NCBI GenBank assembly: GCA_016748015.1
Contig: JAAOMT010000231.1
Coordinates: 2,968 to 66,967, forward strand
DNA from: Geosiphon pyriformis uo1
Lineage: Eukaryota; Fungi; Glomeromycota
Length of the DNA: 64,000 nucleotides
Direction: 5' to 3'
The translations under genes and the position numbers were made by a program. Below are positions 55,901-64,000 of the stretch, piece by piece; within the stretch, counting starts at the first letter, position 1; every line of letters starts with the position of its first letter. Under the pieces are notes generated by a model. It ran no database searches and had not been told where the DNA came from. It saw only the letters and a program-made list of their open reading frames with translations.

Positions 55901-57648
55901 GTCATCTCTTGCTGTTTCCGGCTCACATTGGTATCAGTTCTTTGAATAATTTTTTGGTGGGTGTGGTTCATATCTTTTCTGGGTATGATTTGTTTTTGGG
56001 TGGCTCTCTGACTTGTGTTTTTTGCTGTCAAGATGGTACTCCTATGTCTCTGGTTTTCGGTGAACATTATTTTTTCAAGTGTGTCTCTTCACTCAGACAT
56101 TATAGAATTGCTTTTGTGGAACAGCTTTGTGACCATAATGGGGATGTTTTCAGTTGGGGAACCTTCAAGCGTTAGAAGAGGCTGGACTTTCGTGGCCCAG
56201 TTCCTTTGTAGTTTGATCTCTCCATTCAATTTCTCGGTGGTGTTGTTCTTTTTTCTATTTGTCCCTCTTTTGTGAAGGATTGTGCTGGTTTTGATGTCCA
56301 TCTGTCTCATAATTTTAGTGTGGTTTGCGACACTCTGCTGACCGTCGATACTGCTCATCTGTTTGTGTATATGGATGGGTTTCTAAGTAGTCTGGACACT
56401 GTTGACATGAAAGCAGGTGCTGCTGTTTTCTTTGAAGACATTAACTCAGGTTTGGGTGTTAGGGTGTCTGGTTTAGTTTCTTCTACTCTGATGGAATTGC
56501 AGGCAATTGCTTTGGCTCTTGAGTGTGTTCTCTTATTTCGGTCAGTTGACTTGTTTTCGAACAGCCAAGCTGCTGTGGATGCATGCAAATCAGAGTCTTT
56601 ATTGGTTTATCCAGATTTTAGAAACCGTTGTTGGATTGAGTGCCGTCACATTGCTAATGTCATTCGTCACAAGAATTTGAAAGTAAATTGGATTAAAGTT
56701 AGGGATCATTCAGGCATCTCAGGCAATGAGTGTGCTGATGCACTTGCTAAGGAGGCCACTTCTTCTGCTTAGCGCCTCCCTCATTTAGTCGGTGAACGTT
56801 TTCTGAAGGCAGGTGGTATCATGGTTTCTGGTAATTCTAGACGCTTTGTTTGTGATGTTTTCTGTTTGGTTCATCACGCTCGCTGGGAGATTGGGTCTGG
56901 GTCTTGGGCTGTGGCTGATGGTTTGCGTGCTGGTATTAATTGGTCCATGTCTTCTCTGGTGTGGCACCCCAATTCTCACTTGGCTGCTGGTTCTACTAGT
57001 ATACGTATGGCTGGCTTTTGGACTTACTTTATGAAGGCCTTTCATTGTTGGCTCCTAGTTGCTGTGCATAAGTGTTTGTATGATAGAAGGTACCCCAGTG
57101 TAGTGTGTTTGTATTGTGGTGATGTTGAGATCTCAGATCATGTATTTTCTTGTTCTTATAACACCACTGGTTGTGCCCAATTGTTGGACATTCATGCTTT
57201 GGCTTGGGCGACTCTTTCTGGTCTGTTTTGGTCTTCTTCATGTGTCTTACAGCTGTTGGCTACCTGTGCTTCCGAAGTTGGGATTGGTGCTACTTTGTAT
57301 AAGGGCTTTGTTTTCAACAATTGGTATCATAAGTCTGTCTCAGTTTTTAGGGATTCTAAGGTTGGGGCTAGTAAAATTGTGGATTTTGTATGTGGGTTCT
57401 GTCTTGTGTTTCGGGATGACATTTGGTTGGTCCACACCAGGCATCAGACATTTATGGAAAAGCATGGTTTGGTTCTACATAATGGCTCCACTCCCGTTTC
57501 AGTTTCTGGTTTGTCTGTGGTTTTTTCAGCTGGTGTAGTTAGATTGCTAAGTGTGGCTAAGGCTTTTGGAGTTGGTTTCGGGTTTTGTAAGTTTTGTCCA
57601 TTCTTTTCAGGTATTGGGGATTTGGTTTCTGTGCGTATAGGTATATAA
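52960..57648 (+). pseudogene. LINE ORF2: AP endonuclease, RT, RNase H, C-terminal Cys/His finger
   Basis: Eight fragments in one frame. APE CNVRGMN, E.KL, SDFN, TIDYMF, TDH; RT LQNMRKAYDSV, GLDQGEV, AFIDNTIW (from FVDD); RNase H YMDG, ELQAI, SNSQAA, HSGISGNECADALAK; CLYCGDVEISDHVFSC. Confidence 0.92.
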
Positions 57649-58736
57649 TATAGTCCTGACTGGCCCGAGTGGCTGGTCACGTATAGAAAGCGCATGATTT
57701 GCTTCTAGTTTAGATCATTTGTATGATGTATGGCACTAGGTCGTGTTTGGATCTTACTTGTTAAATAATAATAATAAAAAAAGTATAATTAAATTAAGAT
57801 TTAATAATCTGTTATTATCAGAAATTTTGCACCAAAAAAATATTTATTTTAGTAATTAGTAAATTAAATTATGTTTAAATATTCTTATTTAATACTTAAA
57901 TAGTTTTGTTTTATTAAAAAAATTTATTGGCATAAAAATTAATATGTTTTTTCTTATTTTTATTTTTTTAAATAAATATAATATTAAATTTAAAATCAAA
58001 TATATAAGTGTAAAAAATAAAAAATTAATTCAAATTAAGTTATTTAAATATAAATTTTATGATCAGTTTTTTTTTAAAATTTCAAAAACTTTTATTGCTG
58101 TGTATTTTAATAATAATTGATATTTTTTTGAAATAATTAATTTAAAAAATAAGTAATTTTAAAAAAATTTGGAGAAATTTTTAACAAATTTATAATAATA
58201 GAAAACCAAACCAAAAAAAACATAGTTTATATATATTTATTAATTATTTAAAATTTTGGACTTTTTTTAATTTTAACCAAGTCAAAAAAAATTTCATTTA
58301 TTATAATAAAATAACCAAAAAATCAAGTAGATTTGTATTTAAAAAAAGCTTTAATTAGATTGATTTTTAAGTCAATATTTCTTAAAAAATCAAAAACCTT
58401 TTATAAATATTTGAGTATATAATAATATTATTTAAGTAAACAAAAACAAAGTTTTTGTTAATTTATTTAAATACTTTGTTCATTAATTATTAAAAAAGAA
58501 AAAAATATTGGTTAATTTAAAAAACATAATTATAAATTTGTAAATATTATACTTGATAATAAAAGTAGTTTATTTATAATTTTTTAAACTTATTTTTACT
58601 TGTTAAAATTCAATAATTAAATTAATAATTAAGAAGAAAATAGTATTATTGAATTGATTTAATATTTTATTAGTTCTAAGAATAAATATATATTTTTTAT
58701 AATAATAATATTTAATTAATAATAATTAATATAAAA

Positions 58737-61022
58737 AAACTCCTTGTCTCCTTAATTTTATGACCATGACCAGAGCAAAAAGTAAAAAAGCTGTACCTGA
58801 TATCTGTTCTAAGATATTTAATAAAATTTCAACCAAAGGAGCTTTTTCTATTGTAGAATCAACTAGGCAAAACGTTTTAGAAGCCTTTCTCTTATCCAAT
58901 AATCATAATAAGCTGTCTTTGGTAGCCATTGAAGCAACTTTCTTATCTTTGACTGGTTTCTTACCAGTCAAAATTTTCTCAAAGAGACACACTTGAGTTA
59001 ATCCCAATGTTGCCTCCATTCCAACTAAGAGCTCAAAAGTTTTTAATAATAGACTAGTAAATAAGCTGGTCTTCTTCTCTATAGATTCAACATCTGGTGC
59101 TTCTAGTATTACCTCTTCAAAAAAAATGGTCAAAAAGACCAAAAGTTCAGAAAAGTGGAAGCAGTCACTTGCCTCTGCTATTGTTACACCAAACTCCTTT
59201 GTGGTTCCCAATAAGATCTTAGATAAAATCTTCATAGCATTATCCAGCATATCATCCAAGATGGGCTTAAATCAACCATTGGTTGTGTTGCCAAATGTGG
59301 TGTCTTCTAGCAGATTATTGCTGGTTTTGGAAGCAAAACAATCTCCTTCTGTTGGGTCACCTGTTTTTAAGAACTGGGCTAATTAAATGGAAACTGAATC
59401 ATCTCCTCCTCTAGTTTCTGGTGCTACTTCTGGTAGTGTTTGGGAAACTATTACTAATTATTAAAAGTTTGCTGGGTGGGTGGTCTCCACTCTGGTGCCT
59501 GATGCTACTTTTAAAATCAAATTGGCTCATGTTAAGACTGTTTTTCAGTCTGTACATGGTTTTTTGGGTGCTAAATCTGTTTTAAAAGACAATGTAAAGC
59601 TTTTTTGTGTGGAATTTGCTTTTCAAACCTTTTTAGATGCTGCATTTTTAGTTGAGCTTACAAGTTCTGTTCATTTTGCCACTCTTAAAATTGCCAAGTC
59701 TTTGGTAGTTTTTGAGTCTGGATCTTTTTCTGCTGCTGTTGCACTGCATGATATGTCTTTGGGTGTGTCTGCTGCTAACATTAAGACAGCTCTTAGTGTT
59801 TTTGGTATGATTACTCATGTTGTGCTAAAGCCTGCTGGCATTTGGCAATATGTGATGGTTCATTTTAAGAAGTTGAATTCTGCCATGTCTGCTTTGAATC
59901 ATTGATTAGTATTGGTGAGCAGGAATAGTGTTAGAATTTTTCTCTTGGTGAATCAAAATGAGACTATTTTGTCTTGTAATAGGTTTAAGACCAAGTTGGT
60001 TAATCTTCCTTCTGGTTGTACTGTCTTTGAAATCAGTAATATGATTTCTCAGATTGGTGGCCAGTCTTGTTTCATTCCTCAGTCTCCTAATTCTGGTTAT
60101 TGTCTCTGCTTTGCTCTAGTTACATTTGGCTCCCAAGCTGATTTGGACCTTGCTGTTGCCAAAACTGGTATGCTTAGAAAGTGCTGTATCTAGTGAAAGA
60201 CTCCTAATTGTTAGTACTGTCTTCAGTATCAAAAAACAGATCACTTGGCTGTAGACTGTAAAGTTGTTTTATCTCCCTTTCTTAAGACTTCTAAGATGTT
60301 CAAACCACATTTTGTTGGTTTTTTGTCTTATGCTAAGGCATTTGTTCCCCCTGTTATGTCTGAATTTCTTCCTTTGGTGGTTTCTGCCCCTCCTATGACT
60401 GTTGTTGATTCTGCTGTTGGGTCCAGATTGGACTCTTTGAAAAAGCAAATTTCGGATTTGGCTGCTTTGGTAAAGTTTATTGTTGAGCCTGTTGGCTCTT
60501 TAATTGTCTTGGTATCTTATCTTCTTGATAATAATACTGTTATAACTGTTCAATTAGAGCAAAATCTTCTTTCTATAAAATATGCTTTTAACAATTTTGC
60601 CAATCTTTTGGTTGGTGTGTCTAAGAACATTGCTTGTTTTAGATCTGAAGTTGACTTTGGTGACATGAATTATGATAATATGTAGGCCACCAAACCTTCT
60701 CTTTTGAGTGATGATACTGTTGAGCGTATTATTGTTTTGTGGCAGATGTCAGGTGCTGAGGTTAGGAGTAGTGTTGAATCTACTAGATTATTTCTTAGTA
60801 AGTTTATTTTTGATTCTAGGAATCTGAATGGTATAATTGAAAAAATTTGTGAGTTGGGTTTATTCCCATTTTTTATTGTTTTAGCTTAGTTAGTGCCTTA
60901 ACTAATTTAGATGGTTTGTCACATGTAAAAAATGTGTGATTCATGTCTAATTTGTAATCCCTTAGTGGTGCATAGTATTAGATAGTGTTTGGATACACCT
61001 TATTAAAACATTAAAAAAAAAA
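58737..61022 (+). mobile_element. ORF1-only non-autonomous retrotransposon (HAL1-like)
   Basis: One 710-codon frame (58760-60889) with RRM-like segments (KLFCVEF, SVFGMITHVVLKPAGIWQYVMVHF) and a degenerate knuckle (C..YQKTDHLAVDC); no RT; 3' UTR homologous to the LINE 3' UTR; poly-A; TSD AATTAATATAAAA at 58724-58736 and 61021-61033. Confidence 0.8.
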
Positions 61023-61659
61023 TTAATATAAAAGCAAAGAATTTTACTTTTTTTAAAAACTATTAAAAAAACTTATTTGCTTTTAATTTTTTGTGTAAAT
61101 CTAAGTTTTTTATCTAATTTATCTCTTTTTTAATGAATTTATTATTGTATTAATTAAATTAATATAATTTTAAATAGATAAAATTAGTTTTTTTGTGATA
61201 TTTGGCTTTTTTTCAGGTTTTTTATTAAAAAATATTATAATAAAACCAACAAATTAACTTGTTATTACCTATAATTTTTTATTATTATTTTTAATATTAT
61301 TTAAAAACTTGTTATTGCTAATAAAAATTGTATAAATAAATTTAATAATTTTTTATTATTTTTTTATTTTTTTATTATTTTAATTATTATTTTTTTTGAT
61401 TTTGTTTTAATTTTAAAGCAGTTATTCAATAGTAATATTTAATTATTATAGATTTTTTACTATATTTTATAATTAATTTATAGAGTTTATAATTAAATAA
61501 TGTTTTAACTTTTTTAAATTATTTATTATTAGCAATAATAATATATTTTTTAGTTTTAAAAACTTTTATATTAGTTTTAATAAAAATATTATTAATGTAA
61601 ACAGAAATAGCTTTAGCTATATTAAAATTTTTTGTTTTATATATATTAATCATAAATCA

Positions 61660-64000
61660 AATTATTATTTTATTTTAATTTTAACGAGTGAGGTCCAAAC
61701 GCGACCTAGTGCTATATATCATACAAATAATCTAAACTAGGTGCGAATCATGCACTTTCTACATGTGACCAGCCACTCAGGCCAGTCAGGACTACACTAT
61801 ACACTTATATGCACAGAAACCGAATCCCCAATACCTGAAAAAAATGGACAAAACTTACGAAACCCAAAACCAACACCAAATGCCTTAGCCACCCCCAGCA
61901 ATCTGATCACACCAGCCAAAAACACCTTAGGCAAACCAGAAACCGAAGCAGGAGTAGAGCCATTACGTGGAATCAAACCATGCTTCTCCATAAACGCTTG
62001 GTGTCTGGCCCGGGCCAACCAAACATCATCCCGAAATGCTAAACAAAACTCACGCACAAAGCTTACAATCTTCTTAGCACCCTCCCTAGAATCTTTAAAG
62101 ACTGAAATAGACTCACGAAACCATTCATTGAAAACAAAACCCTTACACAGAGCAACACCCACTCCAACCTCAGAGACACAAGAAGCTAAAGCCTGTAAGA
62201 CACATGAAGAAGAGCGAGAAAGGCCAAAAAGAGCCTCCCAAGTTGAAGCATGTGCGTCCAACAAACGAGCATGGCCAGCGGCATCTTGAGGACATGAAAA
62301 GACATGATCCGAGGTCTCAACATCACCACATAACAGACAGACCACACTGGGGTAACTCCTATCATATAAACGCTTGTGCACAGCAACAGAAAGCCGATGA
62401 TGAAGAGCCTTTATAAAGTAAGTACGACATCCTGCCGTGCGCATGCTGGTAAAACCGGATGCCAAGTGAGAATCGGAATGCCACACCATAAAAGACATAG
62501 ACCAATTGATATCAGCATGCAAACTATCATCCACAACACGAGAACCCACCCCAATCTCCCAACGAGCTCAGTGAACTGACTGGAAAACATCACGAACAAA
62601 GTGTCTAGAATTACCAAAAACCGCCGTATCACCAGCACATAGAAAACATTCACTGACTAAATGAGGTAGGTGCCAAGCAGAGAGAGCAGCACCCTTGGCA
62701 AGCGCATCAGCATGCTCGTTGCCTGAGACACCTGAATGACCTTTCACCTTAACTCAATTCACATCCAAATTCTTTTGACGAATGACAGTGGCAATGTGAC
62801 AACACTCAATCCAACAGTGGTTCCTGAAATCCGGACAAACCAGTGAAGACTCCAACCTACATGCATCCAAAGCAGCTTGGCTATCCAAGAACAAGTCAAT
62901 CGAACAGGAAAAAAGAACACACTCAAGGGCCAAAGCTATGGCCTGCAGTTCTGTCAGAGTAGAAGAAACCAAACCAGACACCCCAACACCCAAACCCAAA
63001 TTAATGTCCTCAAAAAAAACAGCAGCACCTGCTCTCATGTTAACAGTGCCCAGACCAGAAAGAGACCCATCCATATACACAGAAAGGCGGGCAGCATCAA
63101 TGGTTGGCAAAGTGTCACAAATCACACCAAAATTATGAGAAAGACGAATATCAGACACAGCATGACCATCTACCAAAGAAAAACTTGAGAAGATAGGAAC
63201 AACACTACCAAGAAAGCAAACAGAAAGATCAAACCAGAAAGGGACTGGGCCACGAGAGTCTAGCCTTTTCCAGCACTTGAAAGTACCCCAACTGAAAACA
63301 TCACTATTACGGTCACAAAGCTGTTCTACGAAAGCAATTCCATAATGCCTGAGTGAAGAGATGCACTTGAAAAAACAGGATTCACCAAGAACCAAAGACA
63401 TAGGAGTACCACACTGACAACGAAAAGCACAATCCAGAGGGCCTCCCAAAGACAAATCACACCCAGAAAAAATGTGAACCACACCCGCCAAAAAATTATC
63501 CGAGGGACTAATACCAACATAAACTGGAAACAGCAAAAGATAACGAGGACGCTAGCTAAGAATCTGGAGGTCATGAGACCTATAAGAAAACAAGCGACCC
63601 AAGACACTAGTAGAATTTGCAAAAGCAACAACGGAGGCCGATTTACTCTCAGCCTGTATCTGTTCGAAAGTTTTTAAATTGTACAAAGAGGGGTGATGAA
63701 GTGCGTCACTGGGGAAATCACGTGGCAACCCAGACTTGGACTTTAAGACTTTGCAAACCAGAGCATCCCATTTACTACAAACACCAACAGAAACGAAACT
63801 AAACTAAATCCTGTAGCTGATGATAGGGAAAAGAACTGCAGACACCAAATATGCACACTGTTTGTCCGAAATCGCCTTTCTCAAAACAAGATTCACAAAA
63901 AACCATACATCAGCCTAGGCCTTAGCCAAGCTGGACTTCGAAAGACCCTCAGAAGACAAAAAAATACCCAAATAGTGATGAGATTCCCTTCTCTTGACAA
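61660..64000 (-). mobile_element. Second copy of the RNase H-containing LINE (3' part; runs off the window)
   Basis: RNase H (YMDGSLSG, ELQAIALAL, DSQAA) and CLLCGDVETSDHVFSC; same 3' UTR (61681-61796) and an A-rich tail. Confidence 0.93.

Larger units (their letters stand above)
50963..57782 (+). mobile_element. Full-length non-LTR retrotransposon (LINE) with RNase H, inactivated by stops
   Basis: ORF1 + ORF2 + 3' UTR + (TAA)n/poly-A tail; TSD GTATAATTAAA at 50952-50962 and 57783-57793. Confidence 0.93.

Noticed and set aside
57794-58723. AT-rich spacers between retroelements (also 61034-61659)
   Set aside because: Probably eroded TE sequence, but I could not align them convincingly to any element in the window.

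Overview
Eukaryotic fungal DNA with short GT-AG introns. Gene content and TE types point to Glomeromycota/Mucoromycota; this is an inference, and the TE families resemble those I associate with Geosiphon-like genomes. There are three zones. (1) 1-21 kb is AT-rich and gene-poor: an assembly gap, a disrupted YML020W-like hydrolase, a kelch-repeat membrane protein, and a heavily deleted relic of an IS607-like element (serine-recombinase TnpA fragments, TnpB/Fanzor2 RuvC fragments and a 3' stem that may be an omegaRNA remnant) at about 19.25-20.4 kb. (2) 21.4-34.0 kb is a compact island of six genes: PP4R1-like, DUF2358/C6orf136-like, BORCS6-like, F-box/LRR-like, MET2 and RPC25. (3) 34.4-64 kb is a nested retroelement block: a rearranged nest of dUTPase-bearing Ty3/Gypsy elements, two copies of an RNase H-containing LINE, and an ORF1-only (HAL1-like) retroelement with its own TSD that shares a structured 3' end with the LINE. 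The retroelement ORFs keep their frame over kilobases but carry many C>T/G>A stop codons, and older copies are worn down to nearly pure AT, a RIP-like pattern. All family assignments come from motif recognition by eye, not database searches.
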